Below, piece by piece: positions 1-8,186 of a DNA stretch of 28,582 nt. The notes under the pieces were generated by a model. It made no database searches. It was not told the origin of the DNA and saw nothing but the letters and a program-made list of their open reading frames with translations. Position numbers and translations under genes: made by a program. This DNA comes from a virus (Duplodnaviria > Caudoviricetes), in the IMG/VR virus record IMGVR_UViG_3300006947_000062, positions 1-28,582 of that record; one strand, 5' to 3'. Every line of letters starts with the position of its first letter. Position 1 is the stretch's first letter.

Positions 1-438
1 ATGAAATACGATGAGGTAACAACTTTTGCGGCTTTGTATGCCATCACAAAAGACATGCTTGATTATCTGGAGATGAACAAAACTCTCAGAACGCAAGAAG
101 AAATTCAACATGCAGTATCAGTTTTGCTGAATGAATTTCCAGCGTATAAATTAGAGGAATGGAAAATTGTGATGGACAGATTCAAAGCTGGTTATTTTGG
201 CAACATGTATGAACGTCTAAAATTGCCAGAACTTAGGGATGCATTTTTAAAATTTGCAGATGAAAGATCAATCATGATGGAAAACAAATATCATGAGACT
301 AAAAAAATAGAACCAGAACCATTGTCTGAAGAACAGAGAAACATCATGAAGCAGATTGTAAAGGATCTTAAACTTCCAGAAGATGACACGAATCACAAAG
401 GTCGATGGAATCATATTCACCACCCACACACAACATAA
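1..438 (+). CDS. C-terminal part of a replication-associated protein (possible helicase loader/initiator partner); N-terminus at 28466-28582
   Basis: 145-aa ORF, in frame with the open 39 codons at the right end. It directly follows the replication initiator on the circle. Function is inferred from position only. Confidence 0.55.
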   Translation: MKYDEVTTFAALYAITKDMLDYLEMNKTLRTQEEIQHAVSVLLNEFPAYKLEEWKIVMDRFKAGYFGNMYERLKLPELRDAFLKFADERSIMMENKYHETKKIEPEPLSEEQRNIMKQIVKDLKLPEDDTNHKGRWNHIHHPHTT

Positions 439-908
439 TGAAATTAGAAGTATATAGATTCAATAAATCAAAAGAATCAACAAACGGAATCTTGTTTGAC
501 ATAACAAATGAAAAAAAATTTATGTGTTACACTCTGGAAGATGAACCAAGAAAAATCAAAGTAAAACATGAGACTTGTATTCCATCGGGTGAATATTGTC
601 TTGCATTGAAAAAGCATGGAAGATTGCATGATACATATCTTCACAGATTTGCTGATGTCCATGTTGGAATGATTGAAATTCTCAACGTGCCAAATTTTAC
701 AGATATTTTAATCCATTGCGGCAATACAGATGAAGACACTTCTGGTTGTTTATTAGTTGGAGACACACAAAAAAACAACAATATATCTGAGTCTGGTTTT
801 ATTGGTAAAAGTACTGTTGCATATTTTAGGATTTACAAAGCCATTTCTGATGCTTTAATGTCTGGAGAGCATTGCACACTTGTAATTACAAATGATATAA
901 ATATATGA
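438..908 (+). CDS. DUF5675-like protein (L,D-transpeptidase-like His/Cys motif; candidate cell-wall enzyme/endolysin)
   Basis: Motifs CYTLED, IPSGEY, VPNFTDILIHCGNTDEDTSGCLLVG. Start placed at ATG 438, which overlaps the upstream TAA (TAATG). Confidence 0.75.
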   Translation: MKLEVYRFNKSKESTNGILFDITNEKKFMCYTLEDEPRKIKVKHETCIPSGEYCLALKKHGRLHDTYLHRFADVHVGMIEILNVPNFTDILIHCGNTDEDTSGCLLVGDTQKNNNISESGFIGKSTVAYFRIYKAISDALMSGEHCTLVITNDINI

Positions 909-1312
909 GTGAACGTTCCAAAGCAAAAAATGCATGTGATAAAGCATTCAGCAGATTTGTGAGGTTGTCATGTGCAGATGAATATGGAATGATAAACTGC
1001 ATCACTTGTGACAAGCGCAAGATGTGGAATGAAGTTGATTGTGGTCACTTTCAAACCAGAGCAAAACTTTCAGTTAGATGGCTATATGAACCACCTTTGA
1101 TTAATGCATCTGCCCAGTGTAAAGGATGCAATATGAGTAATGGAGGACATTCGTATCAGTTCGGTAAGAAGATAGATGCTTTGTACGGCTCAGGGAGTGC
1201 TGATACAGTCGTTTTCATGTCTAATCAGATACGCAAGTACACAGTGCAAGAGTTAAGGGATATGGCAAGCTCTTTTGAAGCAAGAGCGAAAGCAATATTA
1301 AAAGAAATTTAA
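905..1312 (+). CDS. NinG/Rap-like HNH-type recombination endonuclease
   Basis: DKAFSRFVRL, CITC, DCGHF, QCKGCN zinc/HNH pattern typical of the lambda NinG family; ATGA overlap with the upstream gene. Confidence 0.8.
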   Translation: MSERSKAKNACDKAFSRFVRLSCADEYGMINCITCDKRKMWNEVDCGHFQTRAKLSVRWLYEPPLINASAQCKGCNMSNGGHSYQFGKKIDALYGSGSADTVVFMSNQIRKYTVQELRDMASSFEARAKAILKEI

Positions 1313-1329
1313 TATGATATTGATTTTCT

Positions 1330-1337
1330 TATATTTG
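1330..1337 (+). promoter_or_regulatory. Bacteroidota-type -7 promoter element (TATATTTG) ahead of the sigma-like gene
   Basis: Exact TAnnTTTG match in a 30-bp intergenic gap, 5 nt before the GTG start; no clear -33 element. Confidence 0.55.
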
Positions 1338-1342
1338 TAAGT

Positions 1343-1873
1343 GTGGTAAATGCATACATTTCAGAAAATTACAAAGCCATTAAAAAAATGGCGTGCATGA
1401 TTGCCAAAAAAAGTGATGTTGATTGTGAAGAATTGTGTCACATGGTCATCTTGGATGTTTTGGAGAGTGACCAAAACAAGATTGAAGAACTAATTAAGAA
1501 GAAACAGTTGAGATATTGGATGGCTAGGATGATGATGAACCAATACAACTCTGTGACTTCACCATATTATTACACATATCGAGATCCTGAAAAACGACAC
1601 AGAGAAGCCAAGAATGAAATCATGCTGTGGTTCGATTCAAACATGGACAAGAAGATAAAAGATGAAGAAAAAATTGACTTCATCAATACAGCTCTTGCAG
1701 AAATGACATTTTTTGACAGAACAGTCACAAAGATTTACTATGATCACAATCATTCATTTCAATCCATGTCTGATGCAACTGGAATCTGTAAAACAACAAT
1801 ATTTTTAACAATAAAACGTGCCAGAAATGAAATCAAAAAACAAGCCAAGCAAAGGACTTGGAGACACGATTGA
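1343..1873 (+). CDS. Phage RNA polymerase sigma-70/ECF-like factor (probable late transcription activator)
   Basis: 176 aa. Region-2-like segment (EELCHMVIL...LRYWMARMMMNQY) and region-4 HTH (SFQSMSDATGICKTTIFLTIKRAR). It precedes the packaging genes. Confidence 0.7.
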   Translation: MVNAYISENYKAIKKMACMIAKKSDVDCEELCHMVILDVLESDQNKIEELIKKKQLRYWMARMMMNQYNSVTSPYYYTYRDPEKRHREAKNEIMLWFDSNMDKKIKDEEKIDFINTALAEMTFFDRTVTKIYYDHNHSFQSMSDATGICKTTIFLTIKRARNEIKKQAKQRTWRHD

Positions 1874-2198
1874 AAAAGTCGCAAAATTCACTGGCTTAAA
1901 AGCTGCTGTTGAATCCATCTTTGGAGAGGATTGTGGATGTAATGAAAGGAAAGAGAAATTGAATAAACTTTTTCCATTCAAAGCTCTGATGAGTAGTGAT
2001 GATCGTGCTCTATATGAAAAGCATTTGATTCACTGGAAGAAAGGAAAATCTGTGACAGCAACACAGCAACATCTGGCCATTGATATTTGGATCAGGAGCA
2101 CAAACAAGAAAAAGAAATTTTCAAGTTGCACATCTTGTGTCAGGAAATTCTTTGAGGATCTTGAAAAACTATATGAAAACAGCTGTGAAAATGAATAA
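1827..2198 (+). CDS. Conserved Cys-containing phage protein of unknown function
   Basis: SKGLGDTIEK...DCGCNERKEKLNKLFP and CTSC motifs; start uncertain (GTG 1818 or ATG 1827). Confidence 0.7.
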   Translation: MKSKNKPSKGLGDTIEKVAKFTGLKAAVESIFGEDCGCNERKEKLNKLFPFKALMSSDDRALYEKHLIHWKKGKSVTATQQHLAIDIWIRSTNKKKKFSSCTSCVRKFFEDLEKLYENSCENE

Positions 2199-3390
2199 AC
2201 CAATCAATACAATATTTGCTCATCCAAAGAATCCGCGTTTGATTCGCAATGAAAAATATCTGGAGCAAAAAAAGAGCATAGAGGAAACGCCTGAGATGAT
2301 GGATTTAAGGCCAGTGATAATTGATGAAGATGATATCATACTTGGAGGGCATCAAAGGTGGAGAGCATGCAAGGAATTAGGTTGGAAAGATGTTCCAGTG
2401 ATGCAATACACCAGAGAGAAACATTTGAAATCTGAATCATTCACTAAATTCAACAAAACATATGAGCTGGTTTGTGCTGAGATAGTAATCAAGGATAATA
2501 CACACTATGGAGAATTTGATTATGATATCCTTGCAAACGAATGGGATTACTTACCACTGACAGAGTATGGTGTTGCAGTCTGGGAAACTGAACCAGAAGA
2601 AGTTGAAGGATTGACAGATGAAGATGCAGTACCTGAAGCACCACAAGAACCGATAACTAAACTGGGTGACGTTTGGATACTTGGTGAACATCGGGTTATG
2701 TGTGGCGATTCTACGAGCAAAGAAGCGGTAGAGATTCTTATGGATGGGGAGAAGGCAGATATGGTTTTTACTGACCCACCTTATGGTATAGAATACAAAA
2801 GCAACTGGAAAAACAAAGACAGGGAGAAATTTAAAACTCTTAAAAACGACAATTTAATTTTAGACTTTAGGCACATATTAGATTCGTTTTGTAATGAGTT
2901 CTGCCCAATATACATATGGACATCACACCAAGTTTTCCAAATATGGAGAACGATGTATTCAGATATTTACAAGTCAACTATTATATGGTATAAGAAATTC
3001 GGGGGGATGGGAGATTTAAAAGCGGAATACGGACATAATTACGAGATGTGCCTATACTTAACAAAAAACAGAATAGAATTTGTATCAGATAGACCTAAAG
3101 CGGTTTGGGAAATAGGGGGAGATAGCCCTTCAAAATATCAACACCCAACACAAAAACCTGTTGAATTAGCAGAAACGGCTTTTTCACATCATAAGAAAGG
3201 CACAGTATTAGACCTATTCTTAGGTTCAGGTTCAACACTAATAGCAGCCGAGAAAACAAAGCGCAAATGTTACGGAATGGAATTAGACCCGAAATACTGC
3301 GATGTAATAGTAAAGCGATGGGAAGACTTTACTGGTAAAAAAGCACACCTTGAAGAAAACGAATTTGAAGTAATAACACAAGCGCACTGA
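2191..3390 (+). CDS. ParB-like N-terminal domain fused to a beta-class N6-adenine/N4-cytosine DNA methyltransferase
   Basis: N-terminal HPKNPR...LRPVIID...ILGGHQRWRA (ParB-N). Catalytic FTDPPY, then HPTQKPVEL and SAM-binding VLDLFLGSGST (motif IV before motif I = beta class). Start 2191 or 2173 is more plausible than 2080. Confidence 0.9.
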   Translation: MNKPINTIFAHPKNPRLIRNEKYLEQKKSIEETPEMMDLRPVIIDEDDIILGGHQRWRACKELGWKDVPVMQYTREKHLKSESFTKFNKTYELVCAEIVIKDNTHYGEFDYDILANEWDYLPLTEYGVAVWETEPEEVEGLTDEDAVPEAPQEPITKLGDVWILGEHRVMCGDSTSKEAVEILMDGEKADMVFTDPPYGIEYKSNWKNKDREKFKTLKNDNLILDFRHILDSFCNEFCPIYIWTSHQVFQIWRTMYSDIYKSTIIWYKKFGGMGDLKAEYGHNYEMCLYLTKNRIEFVSDRPKAVWEIGGDSPSKYQHPTQKPVELAETAFSHHKKGTVLDLFLGSGSTLIAAEKTKRKCYGMELDPKYCDVIVKRWEDFTGKKAHLEENEFEVITQAH

Positions 3391-3734
3391 TGGATAAAAC
3401 AGAACTTAAAAAGAAAGCAACACTTGAAGCTTTAGAGAAATCACTTGGTGTGGTCACTCAGGCATGTAAGATTGCAAGTATATCCAGAACACAATTTTAT
3501 CATTGGCTAAAAGATGACGCAGATTTCAAAGCTAAGACAGATGACATTGCTGATATTGCAATTGACTTTGCTGAGAGCAAACTTCATTCTCTTATTAGTC
3601 AAGAGAACGTACCAAGCACAATATTCTATCTCAAGACTAAAGGCAAAAAACGTGGATATGTAGAAACTCAAGATTTGACTATCTCAGAACCAAATAAAAA
3701 ACCAAGCTGGATCACAAGTGAAGAAGCAGAGTAA
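3390..3734 (+). CDS. terS: Terminase small subunit (HTH)
   Basis: HTH-like GVVTQACKIASISRTQFYHW and IFYLKTKGKKRGY; lies immediately upstream of and overlaps terL. Confidence 0.7.
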   Translation: MDKTELKKKATLEALEKSLGVVTQACKIASISRTQFYHWLKDDADFKAKTDDIADIAIDFAESKLHSLISQENVPSTIFYLKTKGKKRGYVETQDLTISEPNKKPSWITSEEAE

Positions 3735-4878
3735 ATCATATTATGACTGCAAGAACTGTGATACACGTATTCAAGTGCATCAAGGTGGAACGAGATCAGG
3801 CAAGACATACTCCATATGTCAGGCATTGATTGAATGGTGCTCAGACAATCCCAATGCTGGTTGGGTAATTACAATCATCAGGAAAACAATGCCATCACTC
3901 AGAGCATCTGTGATGAGAGATTTCTTTCAAATACTGGAAGCAGAAGATTGGTATTCAGAAGCAAACCACAACAAATCAAGCTCTCAATACATTCTTTTTG
4001 GAAATGTCATTGAATTTGTTTCAATCGCAGAACCACAGCGCATCAGAGGCCGAAAAAGACACATTGCTTTTTTGAATGAAGCAAATGAATTAACCTTTGA
4101 AGATTTCACTCAGATAATTTTGAGAACATCAGAAATCATGATCATGGATTTTAATCCATCAGATGTATTTTCATGGATATATGACAAAGTAATGACAAGA
4201 GAAGATTGCAGTTTTTTTCAAACTACATATCTTGATAATCCATTCTTAGACGAAAACACAATAAAAGAGATTGAATACCTAAAATTAACAGATGCAAATT
4301 ACTGGAGAGTATTTGGACTTGGTGAACGTGGTATGAATGTTTCTGCAATCTTTCCATTCTTCAATCAAGTTGATAAAACTCCAGACAGAGCAAAATTCAT
4401 TTCATTTGGTTTAGATTGGGGATTCACAAACGATCCAAGCGCACTCATATCTGTGTATAAAGATGGTCTGGATTTATATGTTGAAGAACACTTGTATGAA
4501 ACTGGCCTGACAAATAATGATTTAATAAGAAAAATGAAAGATCTTGGAATTGAACGCCAAGAGATTATTGCAGATTCAGCCGAGCCGAAATCGGTAACTG
4601 AGCTTTCAAGAAATGGATTTTTAATCAAGGGCGCAAAGAAAGGGCCAGACAGCATCAGACTGGGGATTGACGTAATGAAACGCCACAGAATAAACATCAC
4701 AAAAGAAAGCACGAATCTAATTAAAGAGATGCAGTCATATAAGTGGAAAACAAACAGAGATGGAAATCAAATCAATGAACCAGAAGCAAATCAAAAGGAT
4801 CACGCAATTGATGCTTTCAGATATGTGTGTTTGAATAAACTCATGGAAAATTACTCAGGAAAATATTACATATCATGA
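3718..4878 (+). CDS. terL: Terminase large subunit, PBSX/SPP1-like family
   Basis: Walker A QGGTRSGKT, Walker B AFLNEANE, DFNP coupling motif, nuclease GLDWGFTNDP, ADSAEPKS and DHAIDAFRY. Confidence 0.96.
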   Translation: MKKQSKSYYDCKNCDTRIQVHQGGTRSGKTYSICQALIEWCSDNPNAGWVITIIRKTMPSLRASVMRDFFQILEAEDWYSEANHNKSSSQYILFGNVIEFVSIAEPQRIRGRKRHIAFLNEANELTFEDFTQIILRTSEIMIMDFNPSDVFSWIYDKVMTREDCSFFQTTYLDNPFLDENTIKEIEYLKLTDANYWRVFGLGERGMNVSAIFPFFNQVDKTPDRAKFISFGLDWGFTNDPSALISVYKDGLDLYVEEHLYETGLTNNDLIRKMKDLGIERQEIIADSAEPKSVTELSRNGFLIKGAKKGPDSIRLGIDVMKRHRINITKESTNLIKEMQSYKWKTNRDGNQINEPEANQKDHAIDAFRYVCLNKLMENYSGKYYIS

Positions 4879-4890
4879 AGATGCGCACGT

Positions 4891-5006
4891 TTTACGTAAA
4901 CCCGTACGATTCCCGTACAAAACCCGTAAACCCGTAAAATACCCGTAACCCCAGTAAAACCTAGCAACACCGCAAACCCCGCAAATACCACCTTAAAAAC
5001 CGCAAA
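4891..5006 (+). repeat. Intergenic tract of short degenerate direct repeats (CCCGTA x5, CCGCAAA x3) preceded by palindrome TTTACGTAAA
   Basis: CCCGTA at 4901, 4912, 4923, 4931, 4942; CCAGTA at 4951; CCGCAAA at 4970, 4979, 5000; perfect 10-bp palindrome at 4891-4900. Confidence 0.85.
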
Positions 5007-5537
5007 ATGAAAATAGTAGTTCCAACATCAGTTGCAGATATTACAGTCAAGAAATGGATCAAACTTTCCAAGACTGAAAACGTTGTGAAACGTGTTGCAA
5101 TACTCTGTGATATAACACAGAAAACAGTCAAGAGCATGACAATGGAAAGCATGGAAACAGTCAATGCTTTGCTGGAGGAATTGGAAGACCCAAATGAAAC
5201 AGAATTTGAACTCTTTCCAATTATAGAATTAAAAGGTGAAAAATATGGAATACATCCAAACCTCTCAGAGCTTACTGTGGGAGAGTATGCAGATCTGGAG
5301 ACAGCTTGTGTTGATTCAGATGAGAACCTCCTTCAGATCCTCTCTATGCTATACAGAAAGGTCACACATCAATCCAAAGACTTCTATCAGATAGCTCCAT
5401 ACACTGGAAATGAAAACAGAGAGATCTTTAATGAGATGAAAATGGACAAAGTATTCTCTTTGCTCGCTTTTTTTTTGAATATAGGTCTGGTCTTTATGAA
5501 AGATTCAGTGCAATCTTTGGAGGAGGGGGAGCAGTAG
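5007..5537 (+). CDS. Tail assembly chaperone (lambda gpG-like, zero-frame product)
   Basis: 176-aa acidic ORF heading the tail module, with slippery run GCT TTT TTT TTG near its 3' end. Confidence 0.65.
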   Translation: MKIVVPTSVADITVKKWIKLSKTENVVKRVAILCDITQKTVKSMTMESMETVNALLEELEDPNETEFELFPIIELKGEKYGIHPNLSELTVGEYADLETACVDSDENLLQILSMLYRKVTHQSKDFYQIAPYTGNENREIFNEMKMDKVFSLLAFFLNIGLVFMKDSVQSLEEGEQ

Positions 5538-5710
5538 GATCTTCAATGGCATCTAAATGGGGCTGGTTTGCTTCAATTTATCATCTGGCTGGTGGAGACA
5601 TCTTGAAAATCGAAGCTGTCACAGAGCTTAAAATTGAGCAAGCATTCACTTTTTTGTGTTACGAATTAGATCTTTCCATATCTAAGAATAACAAAGACAT
5701 CATAAAATAA
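5468..5710 (+). CDS. -1 frame extension of the tail assembly chaperone (gpGT-like); not in the ORF track
   Basis: The -1 frame is open from the T9 run (5468-5476) to TAA 5708-5710: FEYRSGLYERFSAIFGGGGAVGSSMASKWGWFASIYHLAGGDILKIEAVTELKIEQAFTFLCYELDLSISKNNKDIIK. It fills the otherwise empty gap before ATG 5712. Confidence 0.75.
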   Translation, partial: FFFEYRSGLYERFSAIFGGGGAVGSSMASKWGWFASIYHLAGGDILKIEAVTELKIEQAFTFLCYELDLSISKNNKDIIK

Positions 5711-5711
5711 C

Positions 5712-6188
5712 ATGGAAGCGAATCAATCAGAAACAACAGTCTATAAATTACTGGAGGCATTTGAAACGTATGGAGCAAAAAACACACAAATTCACAGCAC
5801 TGTAATAGGGCCGATTGATGAAATGGATGTCAAGAAGATGAATGCAGATCTATTTCCATGTTTGTTTGTGAATCTTAGTGCTGGAAGTATTGACAAAGGT
5901 GAAGCAGATTTGACTGTTGAGGTAATCATTGCAACACTTCAGCCAAGTGACTTGAAGGATCGTGCATGGATTATCAGCAACATGTTCTATATGATTAAAG
6001 ATGTGATTGCGTTAGGTCACAATCATGCATTTGATGACAATAAATTCATTCCGAGAGCAACAATGGAATTGCCAGTGTCAGTTTTACCTTTCAACTTGAG
6101 ATTTGAAAATCAATTAATTGGATGGACAGCTGATTTGACGTTTGGAGTAGATAACACAAATGACGTTTGTCTGATACCAATGTCATGA
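5712..6188 (+). CDS. Putative tail terminator/completion protein
   Basis: 158 aa, LFPCLFV and FENQLIGW motifs; position in the tail module. Confidence 0.5.
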   Translation: MEANQSETTVYKLLEAFETYGAKNTQIHSTVIGPIDEMDVKKMNADLFPCLFVNLSAGSIDKGEADLTVEVIIATLQPSDLKDRAWIISNMFYMIKDVIALGHNHAFDDNKFIPRATMELPVSVLPFNLRFENQLIGWTADLTFGVDNTNDVCLIPMS

Positions 6189-6754
6189 TAACAATGACAA
6201 TTGATAAAGTGGTATATAAAGCACCACTGACTGATGCAGTGATGATGCGAGTTGCAAAACTCTGGAAGAAAAACGCACTTCAGATGTTAAGGAGACAAGG
6301 CCACAAAGCAACTGGAGCACTTGCAAACTCCATACAGTTGAAATGGGATCTGAACACAGACAAAGATGAGTGGAATATTGAACTCACACCTGATGTTGAT
6401 TATTGGCAATTTGTGGATTCTGGAGTTGATGGAGTAAATAAGAAATATAGTCGGGAGACTTTCAAACTCATGAACTCAAACACCAGAACATTCAGCTTCA
6501 CAAATAAGAAACCACCACTCTCAGCAATTATGGGATGGCTAAAAACAAAAGGATATCAAGGAAGGAATGCAAAAGGTCAATTCATCACAGATAGATCATT
6601 CGGATTCATAGTTCAAAACGCAATATATCAGAGAGGATTAAAACCATCATATTTTATCTCTAAAACTGGTAACAATATCTTGAAGAAATACTCTCAATCA
6701 ATAGGTGATGCAGTCGCTCAAGACATTGCATCAATCACTGCTTCTTTTATTTAA
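6185..6754 (+). CDS. Putative tail completion/neck protein (HK97 gp10-like)
   Basis: Basic protein with ATGALANSI, YWQFVDSGV, KPPLSAIMGW, IYQRGLKPSYF motifs; ATG 6185 overlaps the upstream TGA. Confidence 0.6.
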   Translation: MITMTIDKVVYKAPLTDAVMMRVAKLWKKNALQMLRRQGHKATGALANSIQLKWDLNTDKDEWNIELTPDVDYWQFVDSGVDGVNKKYSRETFKLMNSNTRTFSFTNKKPPLSAIMGWLKTKGYQGRNAKGQFITDRSFGFIVQNAIYQRGLKPSYFISKTGNNILKKYSQSIGDAVAQDIASITASFI

Positions 6755-6782
6755 AGACTTACAGAACCGAACACATATAAAA

Positions 6783-8186
6783 ATGGCATATATCGTAGAA
6801 CAACAACCATCACAAGTTGCTTTAACCAGCACATTACAACCAGTAATATTTACAGTGAGTGATGTTTCATATTCTGGTTTCAAGTATCGCTTTGCATTAA
6901 AGATAAATGATGATACAGGTGCACAGCTTACCACCTTAGCACTACAACCAAACAATAATGATGCAGCATCTTTCAACATTTCTCAAGTATTAGACAGCTA
7001 CATAAAAACCACAGAGATACAAACACCAGATGATGAATCAAGCGGATCAATACATCTGCTTGGTATTACGACAGCAGCAAAAACATGTGCCATTGGAGGA
7101 TATACAGCTAGAAAGTTTTTGATTACTCTTGGATTTATCAAAGCAACAACTGCAACTGGTGCTGTTGCATTTACTTCTGTGAGTACTGGAAACAAAGTCT
7201 TTGGTTTGAGATGGTCTGGTCAAACATCTGACTTTGCTGATTGGGATACAACACGTTTGAACAACACTTTGATATCTGGATTCTCTGAAGGATTAACATC
7301 ATTCACATCACCTTTATTGAGTGAAATTCCTCAAAATGGAACAGGAACATGGGCAACAGGAACAAATTCCAACTCTGCGATTTACAAAGATACTGTATCA
7401 ATGGAATCATACAGAACACTTGCAACTCCAACTGGAATCTCAGCAGGCTTTGACCTTGATCGACCTTTGAATTTCTGGAGAATTAGAGTGATGAATGGAT
7501 CAACTGAAGTAGGTGTTTTTGTTTATACAATTAATACTGCTGGTGGTGTCTCTTCAACTCTTGTAGATGCAGACAGCATGATATCATTTGTTGGAATTGG
7601 TCCAATGAATTTAAAAACACAAACACACAACGCAGGACTTGCAACAGCCATCAATGGAACTTGGACACATTATGATATAATTGCAAGCAATACAAGTGCA
7701 GCAAATCCCGGCACACAATTGAGTGGAATATATAGATACACCAAAGTGGATTCACCCTGTCTTTACAACCAGTTTACAATTGGATTTCAGAACAGATCAG
7801 GCACATTTGATTACATTGATGTATTGGGAGCACAAACCAACACAACAAAGGTCACAAGTAGATCAAAGTATGTAGGCAAGTCAGGAAACTATCTTGATAC
7901 AAGCACAACAGTTGATTGGGCTGCATATGGAAGGAATGGAGGAACTACATTCAGAGATGTAAGATCCAAGAGAGGAATGAAAGTATCAACACATTGGTAT
8001 GATGAATCAAGAAATGTATTGATGGAGTCTTTGATTGTTTCACGAAAAGTTGTTATGATTGACAAGGATCAAAATATCATTCCAATTGTTATCACCTCAT
8101 CTAATTACGTGGAGAAAACAAGTTTGGCAAATAAACTATTTGCATATGATATCACACTTGAATATGCAAAGGAAAGAATCTCATGA
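6783..8186 (+). CDS. Virion structural protein (putative distal tail/baseplate component)
   Basis: Ser/Thr/Gly-rich beta-type ORF; C-terminal FQNRSGTFDY...LIVSRKV...LFAYDITLEYA. Start placed at ATG 6783 after an A-rich leader. Confidence 0.55.
   Translation: MAYIVEQQPSQVALTSTLQPVIFTVSDVSYSGFKYRFALKINDDTGAQLTTLALQPNNNDAASFNISQVLDSYIKTTEIQTPDDESSGSIHLLGITTAAKTCAIGGYTARKFLITLGFIKATTATGAVAFTSVSTGNKVFGLRWSGQTSDFADWDTTRLNNTLISGFSEGLTSFTSPLLSEIPQNGTGTWATGTNSNSAIYKDTVSMESYRTLATPTGISAGFDLDRPLNFWRIRVMNGSTEVGVFVYTINTAGGVSSTLVDADSMISFVGIGPMNLKTQTHNAGLATAINGTWTHYDIIASNTSAANPGTQLSGIYRYTKVDSPCLYNQFTIGFQNRSGTFDYIDVLGAQTNTTKVTSRSKYVGKSGNYLDTSTTVDWAAYGRNGGTTFRDVRSKRGMKVSTHWYDESRNVLMESLIVSRKVVMIDKDQNIIPIVITSSNYVEKTSLANKLFAYDITLEYAKERIS

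Noticed and set aside
2080-2190. Long N-terminal extension of the ParB-MTase (and similar extensions at 405, 6167, 6705, 14722, 27129)
   Set aside because: These are longest-ORF artefacts that mostly overlap upstream genes; downstream ATGs coupled to the previous stop codon fit better.
4875-4937. 20-aa micro-ORF MKMRTFYVNPYDSRTKPVNP coupled to the terL stop
   Set aside because: Very short, atypical codons, and it covers only half of the repeat tract; more simply explained as non-coding repeat DNA, though not excluded.
4891-5006. CRISPR array or mini-array
   Set aside because: Repeats are only 6-7 bp with 2-5 bp between them; there are no spacer-sized unique segments and no cas genes.
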